NCBI GenBank assembly: GCA_964035575.1
Contig: OZ037844.1
Span: 992,001-1,056,000, forward strand
Source of the DNA: Rhynchopus sp. YZ270_cl-10
Taxonomy: Eukaryota
Direction of reading: 5' to 3'
DNA length: 64,000 nt
Numbering within the stretch: the first letter of the stretch is position 1; each line of letters starts with the position of its first letter. The notes under the pieces were generated by a model that searched no databases, had not been told where the DNA came from, and worked only from the letters and a program-made list of their open reading frames with translations. Shown in pieces: positions 34,386 through 46,979 of the stretch. The position numbers and the translations under genes are program-made.

Positions 34386-34787
34386 AAAAAGGAAAAGGGA
34401 AACCAAGCATGTGGTCAACGCAATGCGCTGAGTCAGGTATTTTCAACACTACGCCAATCGCAAGAACCTCGAGGATATGCCCAACAGACTCTCAGTGCTC
34501 CAGTACGGATAATCTGTAATCTCTAGCTGACACTGTGCACTTGCCACGCAGTACCAGATCGCAGTGCACATAGGTGACAAAAGCAGAATCACTGCTCCAT
34601 GCTGTGGAACACAAAATACCAATGAACACCGGACCAAGCACCTGCCCTTGCTCTGCTACTCTCAGCAGGCTTTAGGTGAACGACATCAAAGTCCTCGCCC
34701 TGAGGCTGGGTACGGACGAACGCAAGGAAAGCGGGTGTTGAGGCAGATGCAATGATGAGATGACGCGGCACTCTCAGCACACCTGCA

Positions 34788-35229
34788 GCATGTGCATGTG
34801 CATGTGCATGTGCATGTGCATGTGCATGTGCATGTGCATGTGCATGTGCATGTGCATGTGCATGTGCATGTGCATGTGCATGTGCATGTGCATGTGCATG
34901 TGCATGTGCATGTGCATGTGCATGTGCATGTGCATGTGCATGTGCATGTGCATGTGCATGTGCATGTGCATGTGCATGTGCATGTGCATGTGCATGTGCA
35001 TGTGCATGTGCATGTGCATGTGCATGTGCATGTGCATGTGCATGTGCATGTGCATGTGCATGTGCATGTGCATGTGCATGTGCATGTGCATGTGCATGTG
35101 CATGTGCATGTGCATGTGCATGTGCATGTGCATGTGCATGTGCATGTGCATGTGCATGTGCATGTGCATGTGCATGTGCATGTGCATGTGCATGTGCATG
35201 TGCATGTGCATGTGCATGTGCATGTGCAT
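34788..35229. repeat. Perfect tandem repeat (GCATGT) x~74
   Basis: Read directly; alternating purine-pyrimidine. Confidence 0.97.
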
Positions 35230-35582
35230 CTCCTCGCTGGCCGCGCTACCACGGGAACTACAACTAAAAACTTTTCTAAAATAGAATGGAACGCCCCATC
35301 CCAAACGGATGTATGAAGGAGGACCATAGCCTTGCCACACGGCTGGGGCTGGGGCTGGTCTCGGAGACAGGGTTCCGTAAGAACGGAGGCGGTTCACAAC
35401 CGCTCAGCATCACACCCGAAGATCAGCCATCAAGCGCAACAGACGGGGAGGGTCTGCAATTCGAACATCCCCCTGCTGCAAACTGCCGCTGGTTAGCTTA
35501 GGTGCGGTCAAATTCGAGGGGTCTAGGTTTACTCAAAAATACTGACAGGTTTCTGACAGAAGCAACTATTTGCACTGTACCT

Positions 35583-35926
35583 ACTGTACACTGTACACTG
35601 TACACTGTACACTGTACACTGTACACTGTACACTGTACACTGTACACTGTACACTGTACACTGTACACTGTACACTGTACACTGTACACTGTACACTGTA
35701 CACTGTACACTGTACACTGTACACTGTACACTGTACACTGTACACTGTACACTGTACACTGTACACTGTACACTGTACACTGTACACTGTACACTGTACA
35801 CTGTACACTGTACACTGTACACTGTACACTGTACACTGTACACTGTACACTGTACACTGTACACTGTACACTGTACACTGTACACTGTACACTGTACACT
35901 GTACACTGTACACTGTACACTGTACA
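35583..35926. repeat. Perfect tandem repeat (ACTGTAC) x~49
   Basis: Read directly. Confidence 0.97.
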
Positions 35927-36079
35927 GTTCCTATCACTTTCTGGAACCCGGGTATTCTGGGTACCAGGCACTTGGTGCCCAGGTACCCAGGCAACATGCG
36001 AGAAAACACAAAACCCTACACGTAACGAAAATAAGGATTTTACTGTGAAGATAACGCTGGAAAAATGTAACAAAAGGTT

Positions 36080-39000
36080 TTTACCAATGAGGATGACCCG
36101 CGCCAACGGAGGTATGAGGGCATGCAGCCAGCTTGCGACAACACCTTTTGTTTGCTTTCGGGCTACTATCATGGGATATCAGCCGCCAAAACAAAACAAG
36201 GCAAAGAAGGGGCGTAGATCACCACTCTGCGGTCAGCGCATTGTCCTGCTGCAAATTAGCCGCAGTTTGCAGCAGCACCCGGATTGCCCCCAGGCGGAGG
36301 TCTTAGGATCACTGGGCCGTGGGAGCACCGGCTGGCCACGTGGAGTACCCTGCGCAGCATCTGATACGATGCTGGCATACTTCGGGCTGCAGTGGCATTG
36401 CCATGCCCCAGGCGGCCCTTCATGACATGAGAGCACCCCCTTGGTCATTTGGGTCCCTCATTCATGTGGCAGGTGATCATCCCACTGCGTCAGTCACCGT
36501 GCGAAAGGGCACCTAGGGGTGCCATGGCAACATTGACTGAAAACCTTGACGAAGGAGGGAGGCATACACTTGAGGACACGGTGCAAAGGGTTTGTAGTCG
36601 CAAATAGCGTAAATACAAACTCAATTTGACATTGCAAGCGTGTGTTTTTTTCTTCTTTTTTTGACAAAAGTAGCAAGCAAACACCGCTGCATAATGCAAT
36701 GGAACAGATGGGACAGAGTGTTAAGTGAGGTTTCCGTGATAAGTGTTGGGAAACAGAGGGCCAGCCTCGCAGATGCGCTGTTCAAGCAACGCCACCTTCC
36801 CGTTTCTCTCTTCTTCGTACTGTGCGTACATAACCCGCAAGGCGGTCAACAACATGACCCTCATCACATCCTCGAAGAACACCCACGTCTACACAAAGGG
36901 TGAAGAAGTGCGGCAAGCAGGCTCGAAGGTACCGCTGGTATACGAGAACACCGCAGCCGACCTATACCAACCAGAGTTGGATGACATCCTCAACTGCCAC
37001 AAACTGGAGGACGGTCTGTTCGACGAGGATGACGGGAACAGGGAAGAGTTGAACGTCACAACGGACAACACAGCTGAGAGCACGATCTCCACAGATTCCG
37101 CGAAAAAGCGGATCAATTCCGTTTTACCCGACTTCCCCATTGGTGTGCACCGCGCTTCTCTCATTGTGCCAATGAAGCATGCAGTACAGCATTCTCTCGA
37201 ACTGAATAGTACCACCACCACCACAAGGAAGACCTCCGAAAACCTTGAGAAACAGTGAAAACAAGATTCGGGAGAGCGCATCTAACGTTCCCGTGGTCGT
37301 GCAGGCCGGTTCTGTACAGCCGAGGGGGATCACCTGCAATGATATTCTCCACAAAGAAAAGATCACGCCACGCGCGAAGGAGGGTACTGCCAAAGACGCA
37401 ATGGAGAGCAAGCTGTGGCGACAGGCGATGTGCCCTTCGACGGGATGATTGGGGGATTAGGCCAATTTCCCCCTGCTCTTCTCTTGGTCGTGGTCCTGAA
37501 ACTGGCGGACAAAACCTTCAACCCAAGGGAGGACAGCTTGCCTCTCGTCTTGCAGGGAGAAGACGGCTCTGGAAAGTCGTATCCCGTTCTCCGGTTTGTG
37601 AAGAAGATGTTAGCTTTCTGCACTGTGCGCGGCATCACCTGTGCATACTCAAACAGCAGTGGGTGGTAGGTGCAATACCTGTATGAAAGGTTGCAGCCAG
37701 AAGCAGGATGCTGGCAACAGGAGCCAGGTCATCAGAGCGACGACCGATAAGGCCAGACAGCACTCTGCGCGCGGCTGCTGCCGCTTTGACCTCGAGCTGA
37801 ACTCGCTTCTCATCAGAGAGAGGTCGTCTCGCTTGTCCTCCTCACAGAGGTCGTGTCCTGCACACTGCTGCAGATGCGTCCTCCTCAGGAGCTGAACCAC
37901 AGCAGCCTGGTCACAAGTGTTTCCCACATTTGGGAACTTGTCCGACACAACCCCCTCTCTCTTTCCGTCCACACCATCGAGGGTGTCATCATCAACCGTC
38001 TCGCTGGTGCTGGCATCCGCATCAACGAGGAAATGGGGATAGCCAAGAACAAGTCGGCGCGCACAAAGTTTTTCTGGCCATGCCTTGAGTGCCTTGTGGT
38101 CGACGAGATGTCGATGGTGCCAGCACTCCTCCAGGAATTGGCTGAAACAGAACACCTCCTCCACAACGTGCCAAGGGTGTTCGCATCGATTCAAGGCCAG
38201 AAGGATTCATTTTCCGATGTCCCAATTGTGATCATCATGGGCGACATGATGCAACACACGGCTGTGATGAAGCCCCACTGTACGCTGATGAAGACGCGGT
38301 GAACATCAGAACGAATCGCAAAACTCGCGAAGGCATCAGGCTTTACAAGCACAATATGGAAGACTGCCATCTTGACGATAAAGCGGAGTGAGCGCGAGAA
38401 GATGCGCCAGCTGCTATTCAGCAACCGCACAGGGCTCCGTTGACGGAGCAACTGTGCACGAACTTCACAGGTACGCCACCCCGTCGAACCAACCTGTGGG
38501 GTGCCATTGTCGCGACCGAGTGGGCCCCGCTCAACGCACTGCAGCTGCCGTACACGCTGGAGAACGCGAAGAAGGCGGCGAGGTTGCGTTCATCCTCCGC
38601 CCCGACGACAAGTACCAGGGTAGAGGGTAGGCGCATCAGCGGCGCATTGGCAGAGAAGGTTGCCTTCGGCCCCGAGGGTCTTGCGAACGGGAACACCAAG
38701 GGGAAAGGGAAACTGTCTGGTATGCTGACGTCGTACCATGGCATGACGGTGCGCCTTCTCGACCACGCCGCATCGAACCTGGGCGTTATGAAGAAGATAG
38801 TGTGAGGAGGGGGCAATGCAGAAGGTAGCAGGACAGAGGACTTCTGCAGACGTTGTGACGGTGAACGACCTCTCATTCGCATTGGACGTTGACTTTACGA
38901 TGTCAAATCTAACATTGGATGTGGGGGTGGGGCAGGACGCTGGATCAAGCCATCCAGCCTGAGCTTCTTCTGCATGGAGAGAAGCGCATAACTGTTCGCA

Positions 39001-39481
39001 GAAAACAGTTCGCAGTTTACCCATCACAACTTGGTACCACCTACCTAAGGGTTGACTGTTCCTGCTAGCCAAGGGATGTACATCTGTCCTCGCAAGGACG
39101 GAATCGTGAAGAGCAACCACGCACGTAAGAAGGAAGGAAAGGCTTCCTACACTATTCTGGAACACTGCCTCAGTGTCGACTGCATTGCCCAGCACGTGAC
39201 CCTGTCCCACAACGGAGGCACCTTCAACAACCTGTACCACTCTTTCCCGCATGGGTTGGAGAAAACGAGCGACACGGAGTCGTGACTACAGCGTCAACAG
39301 TGTGTACATGCCACTGTTGAGAGCTGCTGCAGAAGGGACCGTACGACCCCATTCAGGTGAGATGGTTCGCCTGAAGAAGAAAGCAGAGCGGACTGATGTG
39401 AAGTACCAGAACTTCGCCAAAGCAGTTGCTCGAAAAGAGTCGGCAGCAAGCAAAAAAAAAAAAGTTCTGGCAGCAAAGTGA
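36080..39481 (+). pseudogene. Decayed PIF1-family helicase, probably a Helitron Rep-helicase remnant
   Basis: Motifs in order across frameshifts: LVLQGEDGSGKS (Walker A, ~37545), CLVVDEMSMV (Walker B, ~38100), VIIMGDMMQ (motif III), TVPASQG (motif V, ~39055). Weak Rep-like LAYFG..HCH near 36375-36405. Confidence 0.72.
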
Positions 39482-39624
39482 CTACCCACCACCGAACGGA
39501 CAGAGCTCCACGAACCCAAAGAGCTCCTTGTCTTGCAGGACCGTCTCTGCACGACGCTGTGTTTAATTGCGACTCAACAAACCAATTCGAGCAATTCGCA
39601 ACAACGGACTATTGTGGAACTGAC

Positions 39625-39810
39625 ATTTTTTTACAATTCCTTTTAGGGAACCGGAGCATGTACCGTCCTGAAAATCTCCAAGAAAATGGAGTCGGCGGGG
39701 CTAAAGAGGAAGTCACCTCTCCTAAACGTCTACTGGCAGGGGTGTCACTCACCTGCATCGCCATTGAAATAACGTTGCTCACCAATGCTACCCCACATTT
39801 TTTTTTGTAA
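39625..39810. repeat. Dispersed repeat (copy at ~60635-60845)
   Basis: CTCCAAGAAAATGGAGTCGGCGGG..CATTGAAATA is shared between the two sites. Confidence 0.7.
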
Positions 39811-39893
39811 GCTGGAGCTCTGCGAGTTGCCCCTAGGTGGCGTTCCAATAGCCAGGCCGGACCTCACCTCAAATGGAGAAGCCTTAGAAGACA

Positions 39894-40068
39894 AAGGTAC
39901 ACGGTGCAAGGTACACAGTGCAAGGTACACAGTGCAAGGTACACAGTGCAAGGTACACAGTGCAAGGTACACAGTGCAAGGTACACAGTGCAAGGTACAC
40001 AGTGCAAGGTACACAGTGCAAGGTACACGGTGTGAGATACACGGTGCAAGGTACACGGTGCAAGGTAC
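39894..40068. repeat. Tandem repeat (AAGGTACACAGTGC) x~12
   Basis: Read directly; a few variant units at the edges. Confidence 0.95.
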
Positions 40069-43000
40069 GTTTTGCGTAGGACATTCCCCCTTATCGAAGC
40101 AGTCTACCCTAAGGATCAGCTCTGGGACACTTCCCCCTGCTCGCAATACATATGCAAGGGGGTGCGAACACCCTGAAACAGATGTCGACCAACTATACGA
40201 GAACATCAAAAGGCTGGCGGATACTGATACTGTACGTGGACCTGGTTTCAGAACCCTCTGTTGCCCCTCGATGCGGTGTCACAAAGCCTGTCTTCAACGG
40301 TCTTTACGGGGCTGGCCACCACTACATTTGTAGCTATTTGTGCACCATCGATAGGATGGCCTCGTGCAGTTCACTGAATTCGTCCGGGGTAAGTGGTAAC
40401 TCCTGTAAGTACCCGGGAGGAAGGGTAAAGGGCATGCGTACTCGCTCATGGGGGGAAAGAAACCCCCCGCCGCAAAACTGTGCAGACCCAAGAACACTCA
40501 CAACAACGCCTCGTGTGGTAAAGGAACAAAGGAAGGTCGGGGGAGTTGATTATCACGTTGATGCAAAGGTTTCTGACTTCCCAACGCGGCTTGGCCTGTC
40601 AAAAGTGTTCCTTTGCGCAATTGGTGTGGTAGATGACGGAGAGTACACAATCTTGCTTGTAATATTTTTATCCCGGGGACAACGTCTCCCTACTCGATGA
40701 AGGGTTAAGTCCATATGACTAGGAACTGCTTGGGACGGCTTACCATGATGGTGTGGGGCAGGAGTACGCAGTCTTCCCAACACGGATGTCGTGTCACGGC
40801 AAGCAGTGCAACTCTTCGGAGAAGCAGCGAAGATATGTAGTGCTGTGACCACGTCAGAGATTTATGCATTACTATCAAGATCGAAAGGCCGACCGGATGC
40901 ACTTCTGCATGCAGAGTGCCGCTCCAGGACGTCACGTTAGTCGTAATATGGACGCTTTCCGTGGAGCTGCCAGCATTATAACAAAGCTGTCTGCATGCAG
41001 CTGGCAAGAACGTAGAAAGAAGACTATCCGCAAGTGGAATAACCAACGCAGACACGACAGGGCAGGGGGTATAGAAAGAACCGTGCACTAGATGACCCGA
41101 AGCCTCGCGTGAGTAGTCCTTGAGCACAATCGCTATCGTGCAGCATCCTTATGCCTTTGCACGACATAGTGTTCGATCACAAACATGCTACACGGGTGCG
41201 TGAAGATGGGCGACGGGCGTGGTCTGGACTAGCCCCTAGGCTGACTTTTGGGAAGTGAATACAGTCAACACACGTCACCAACCCCAGAGTGTGGGAGTAG
41301 CGTGCTGCTCTCTTCTGGGGCTGACTTCAGGAGGAGATGCAGCACACTTCACGTATGAGTGTGGCAAGGCATCATGCATGACACTGCCTGACCCAATAAA
41401 CAAACCACGACGCATCTCGGTGCGATGTTGAGGACAGGGACACCGATCCAACAGACTAAACAGACGCGATTCGGGTCGACTCTTACAACACATACACGGA
41501 GGGCATCGCTCAGCAAACACACCTCATGGCGAGCCAGTGGGTGTGTGGGAAAACATTTGAAAGAGCAACCTCGTATTCGCAATGTTACGTTGCTTTGCCC
41601 TTTGCCCACACTTTTCCTCACACTTTACTGCACACCAACACCCCCGACAGTCATGCAATCCAGATGCATGACAGGGAATCCTGCACTGGTTCCTGGGTTG
41701 TGGGTTGAGCCATGGGCACCCCCTCTCCCACATCGCCACCAGCAACAAGGCAGCGTGCAGGGCATATGGTCTGCACGACGTGGCAAGGTTGCAAGACAGC
41801 ATCATGAGCAAAGCAGCTACCTGACATTGTGACAACCGAAGAGGAGGATGGCAGCTGACGTAGAAGCAGACGCAGCTTCTTCAAGACACGTGTGAGTCCC
41901 TGGGATCACTTATGTGTGGGGGAAAACACTCCAACTGAGACGTCTTTGGTGTCCCCAAAAAGCACTGAGGCTCCTTTATCGAGAACACATCGTGTCTTTG
42001 ATCCTTTACCCTTGCAGCAAGGCTTCTCTTCCTCGATCTCATGGCACGGAAAACTATGTTGTGGAGCGGATACGTAAAAATCATGAACACTTTACCCAAA
42101 AAAAGGCACGATGTGTTCATCAGAGTGCAGACTTGAGCCCCCCCTTCCGCAAATAAAAATGTTCACCCTTATTCGCTTCTCTTCCACACAAGCCAGCCTG
42201 CCGAGGTTTGATGTACCCGCGGATGCTGTAGGATTGTTTTTCCTGCAACGATCTGGGAGACGGTGAAGCCGCCTGCAGACAAAGAGACGAATCTCCCTTT
42301 CCCTATTAGGACCGAAACAAGGTTTTCCTACCATCTTGCAAAGAGGAAAAGGTGCAAAAATGAATCCAACGCACAATGGACATCTATGCTCGGAGTGGGC
42401 ATTGAACTGCGCACATGGTTTCCAATAAGATCATCAATATGCACAACGCAAAGCGGCTTGAATAGGCAACAGAAACTACCATACCCCCTGCTCATACACA
42501 CAGTGCAATGAACGAGGAAGGCATGCATACGTACCCTGATTGGACGCGCAACGTCGCATCCGCAATGCCTTATCTACGTAGCGCGTCACCCCTTCAGAAT
42601 GCCCCTCCATTTGACTACGTACCGTGACACATTACGACACTCCTGCACAGGGCTGAAGGTGATAATGCAATGGCAGTGGCGATGGAAGAAGAGAAGGGCT
42701 GTGCCCTTCTCCGCCAAGCACCAACCCACAGAGCAGAGACAGAAGGACCACACAGGGACGAGAGGAGTACACTATTCAGCATTCCGCATGCGAATTGCAC
42801 AAAAAAAGAAAAGCACGTCTGTTAGAATTGTGTGCCACACCCCCTCTCGGAATCCCTCCACCTCTACACCTCCACTATGCACCCCACTTACCACACGTCA
42901 TAAGGAGCGTGTGAGGTCTTGGCTTGTCGGCCGTGCTCCGAACCGAACATTGCAGACGTGCACTCTCCTGCCCATTAGCAATGATTGAGTAGCGCCATGC

Positions 43001-43945
43001 GATGTGACTAGGAGTGGTTTTAGACCGGCGTACAACTTCTGCTGCATGGGGTGGTTAATGAAAACGCTGAAAGATGTTATGCACGGGGTGAGGGAGGCTT
43101 CTCAGGATTCTAATTCTCTGAGAGCTGCACATTCGGATACAGCATTAGAAGGAGTAACCGAGGCAGCACCACACCAACGGGTTGAACACAGAAGGGTTGT
43201 GGCAGATCTGACACATCCTCAGAAACGGCAAAAGACGTGACACAACCACCTAGGGACACAAAGAGGTACCGGTTTTTTGTATGAAAACGACGAAATACCC
43301 TAAGTCTCCCCTTGAGAAGACTCGTGTCGAAGAACCTAAATGTGGGTTTTCTGTCTTGAAGAGAGGTCTGAAGACACACGGACACCCTCATCCCGCATGT
43401 ATCGCAGAGCAACCGAAGAGGAATGACAAAGAGGACATCGGGTCGGTACTTCGAGACGATTGCAGAGACGCTGGCAGGGTAAAGCACTCACACTGCTGGT
43501 CGGGTCGTTAAGCAGAGAGAAGAAAGGAGTGGCTGTTGACGCAGTGCCTCCGACTGACTGACTTACGTACGATGCCAGCCATCTGGATGAAACCACAAGT
43601 ACCCTGCGGCCTACAACAGAAGGTGTGAAAAGGAAACCTAATGGTTTGCCCGTACCATGGTACTCCCGTTCGCTGCACCCAACGCTTTGATGCGCGATAG
43701 TCGAGACAACCCTTCATAGCATGGGGAAGACTGGTTCGGCGTTTATATACCCTAACCAGGGTTTGACTTGCATTTAGTAGCAGGGATGGTTACCTCCCTG
43801 AGGACAACACAGAATAGTCCCGCATACCCCTCCGGCTAACGGGAGAAATGCAGACGGCACACTTCATCCCCGTGAGTGTGGCAAGACATAGCTAGCCCCC
43901 TTGGTCTGACCCCAAGAAGAGTTTACCAGATGAACCCAAGCCTCT

Positions 43946-44046
43946 GTGTGCTTAGTGTGCTTAGTGTGCTTAGTGTGCTTAGTGTGCTTAGTGTGCTTAG
44001 TGTGCTTAGTGTGCTTAGTGTGCTTAGTGTGCTTAGTGTGCTTAGT
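43946..44046. repeat. Perfect tandem repeat (GTGTGCTTA) x11
   Basis: Read directly. Confidence 0.97.
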
Positions 44047-44489
44047 CACCTTTGATCACAATCGTTCTCACACAGAATCAGCTGTGTGGCTTGTCGGGGA
44101 CAATACCATGACAAGAATGTGACCTCTCGGGCGAGCACCTTGGAGCACCCCAGCCGTGGCTGAGCAACCCTGCTGTCCTGTCAGGACTAGCAACAATTCT
44201 CAGGATGCGAGAACCAGACGGCTACAGATGACCTCAGTGCGGCCTCCGGTCCGAAGACACTTCACCTGTGTGAGCACAACGCCATCTCCACAGCGTGCAA
44301 GAGGTAGGTTGCAACACCTCAGCACATTGGGGATGTGTCCGCCATCTCAAGGTGTACCGGGCCACTCCGATGGGATGCAGATGTTCTGATATCATACGGC
44401 ACCGTTTGGGCTTCCGATTTTGGGGGTGCAATTTTCAGAATCGACCAAAAAATCAGTCAAAATATAACCCCAAACATAGACCCCCCAGC

Positions 44490-46420
44490 CATCAAATGCC
44501 TTAGCAACCCCACCCACCCTACCCAACTCCTCCACGCAGGACTAGCTATGTTCGGCTGCCAAAAGACAGACTAATGACCTTGTGGCTGCCTGGTGGCAAG
44601 GGACAGCAATACCACCTGCGTCCCCAGCGGTGCACAACAGAGGCACATGGCATATGCGGGACCGCAGCATCATACTATACGGTGCACCACAAGGAGGATG
44701 ATGGACACATGTGGCTATGACTTTGTACAGCACAGGAAACGTACTACGGTGACTACGAGCTCGACAACAGAACCCTGCAGCACTGCCGTATGCCACAATA
44801 ACGACACAGTCGCCAAACCCAACCCCCTTTCGCAGAAGTGACCCCTCAGGGCCTTCTGCAGTGACCTAACCTCCCCTCAAATGAGCAATATTCCACACAG
44901 GAAGTAGCCATAACTGATTGCAAACGCACCTGGCGAACAACATCCCACACAGAAATCCCAGAGCTGATACTTCGAGCACACCCCATCCCACTCCACTCGG
45001 GTTGACCGACCCACACATGCACGAGATCACTGCCAAGGGTCGGCAGCTCACCTCTCGACAGGTGGCATACAGTCTCCCCCTCTGCCGCAATGCACGGAGC
45101 AAAGCAGAGCAGTGCTGTTCGCAACCCCACCCACCCCCACCCCCCTCAGCCCGGCATCAAGACCCAAATGTCTTGGCAACCCCACTCACCCTACCCAACT
45201 CCTCCACGCAGGACTAGCTGCCTCTGGCTGCCAAAAGACATACAACGAATGTAATGACCTTGTGGCTGCCTGGTGGCAAGGGACAGCAATACTGCCTGCA
45301 TCACGACACACACACCCGAGAATAACATCCCACACAGGAATCCCAGAGCTGATACTTCGAGCACACCCCATCCCACCCCACTCGGGTTGACCTACCCACA
45401 CATGCACGAGATCACTGCCAAGGGGCAGCAAACTCACCTCTGACCAGATGGCATCAGTCCCCCACAGTCACAACGCACCCATCACCGCCTCAACCGTACC
45501 GCATTCTCCCCCACAAATGAGTTGTGAACCTTCGCGAATAATAGACAAGAGCCACGCTCATGTCACCATGCAAAGCATCACAAAGGGAGAAAAACGGTTG
45601 GCCAGATGAGCCTAAGCCCCGCTTAGTCACATCGCGCAACAATAGAGAGATAAGAAGCGCACGAAGGGGTAGCACCGCCACGCTGACCCACACTCCGACC
45701 TCATCAGGATTGGGGAAAGCAAACCTGGACTCGGAGCAGAGCAGAGCGCCACCACCCCCCCCCCCCCCCCCACGCCCACACCCCCCCTTTCAGCCCGCCC
45801 CAACGACGTCAGCCCTCTCTGTCTCACCCATCTCACCTACAAACAAACGTGGTCCGTCCTCTCACAAGAGCGTTGCACCAAACGGCGTCCATCTGCGTCG
45901 CACAGCTCCCTCCCCGCCCTCCCCCTCTCCTATCACCACCTACCTCATGAAGCATCGATGAAACAAAACCGCACTGAACACCACCATCATCACCATGGCA
46001 TAGGCCCTCGGTTTGCACAGCAAAAACACCATCGGGCACCTCACATCGTACGGAGCTCATCCCTACACCCCGCCCCCAAAACTAATCTGCGATACACATG
46101 CCTCAAAGACCGCAACCCGAAGGAGTGATACTTAATGAGGACATATGAGCACAACAGACATTTTGCTTCCTTCACCGCCTCAACCGTGCCGCATTCTTCC
46201 AAATGAGTTGTGAACCTTCGCGAATAATAGACAAGAGCCACGCTCATGTCACCATGCAAAGCATCACAAAAAAAAATCTCGGTTGGTCAGATGAGCCTAA
46301 GCCCCGCTTAGTCACATCGCCCCATATTTCATATACTTTTTATTCCAAAAAGGGAATAAGAAGCACAGAAAGGGCTGCCACGCTCACTCCGACCTCAGCA
46401 GGATTGGGAAAAAAGCAAAC
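44490..46420. repeat. Local imperfect duplications (~44490-44620/45170-45300; ~44935-45070/45325-45450; ~45485-45720/46172-46420)
   Basis: CCCTACCCAACTCCTCCACGCAGGACTAGCT, CCCAGAGCTGATACTTCGAGCACACCCCATCCCAC and AAATGAGTTGTGAACCTTCGCGAATAATAGACAAG each occur twice. Confidence 0.8.
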
Positions 46421-46979
46421 CTGGAGGGGGAGTACAAAACAAAAAAACAAAAAGGTTGACGCTCACCTCACCTCACCTCACCTCACCACCTCCTCATATT
46501 ACCCCCTTCAGATCACCGTAGCTGCCTTCCTCCACCTCCCTCTGTCGCCCTGAGAAACTCCCCACACTTGTTTTCAAACACATACACACCCGAGAACACC
46601 ACCAAACGGCAGCAACGACTAAGTGGCATGGTAGTTAGCGGCCATACCCTGCGGCAAGAAAATCTTTCAAAAGTCATCCATAAAAACAAAAAAATGTAGT
46701 TATTGATGCAGGCACATCTCCGAATGACCTACGTCGATGATATCCATCCGGATGAAAGCAGAACCACCCTGCGGCCAACAAAAGTAGTATTAAAAAGGGG
46801 GGGCAATAAAAAGGATCGAATTAAGGTTTAATGAATGAATCTAAAAAAAACAAAAAGAGTAGCTGAGAGATCTGATATGAGATGCATCTCAGTCGAGCAT
46901 CATGCAAAAAAAATAAAAAATGATATAGCTGCAGAAACAGCAACATCAATATCTTAACAGCCCACTCCCCCTTTTTTTT

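Noticed and set aside
31977..36425. Low-complexity ORFs (GQI, RAN, LPY, CM/HV, YTVHCTL repeats)
   Set aside because: They are translations of simple tandem repeats.
40150..43500. Short ORFs in a moderately GC-rich region
   Set aside because: Possibly decayed mobile-element coding sequence, but no motif could be assigned.
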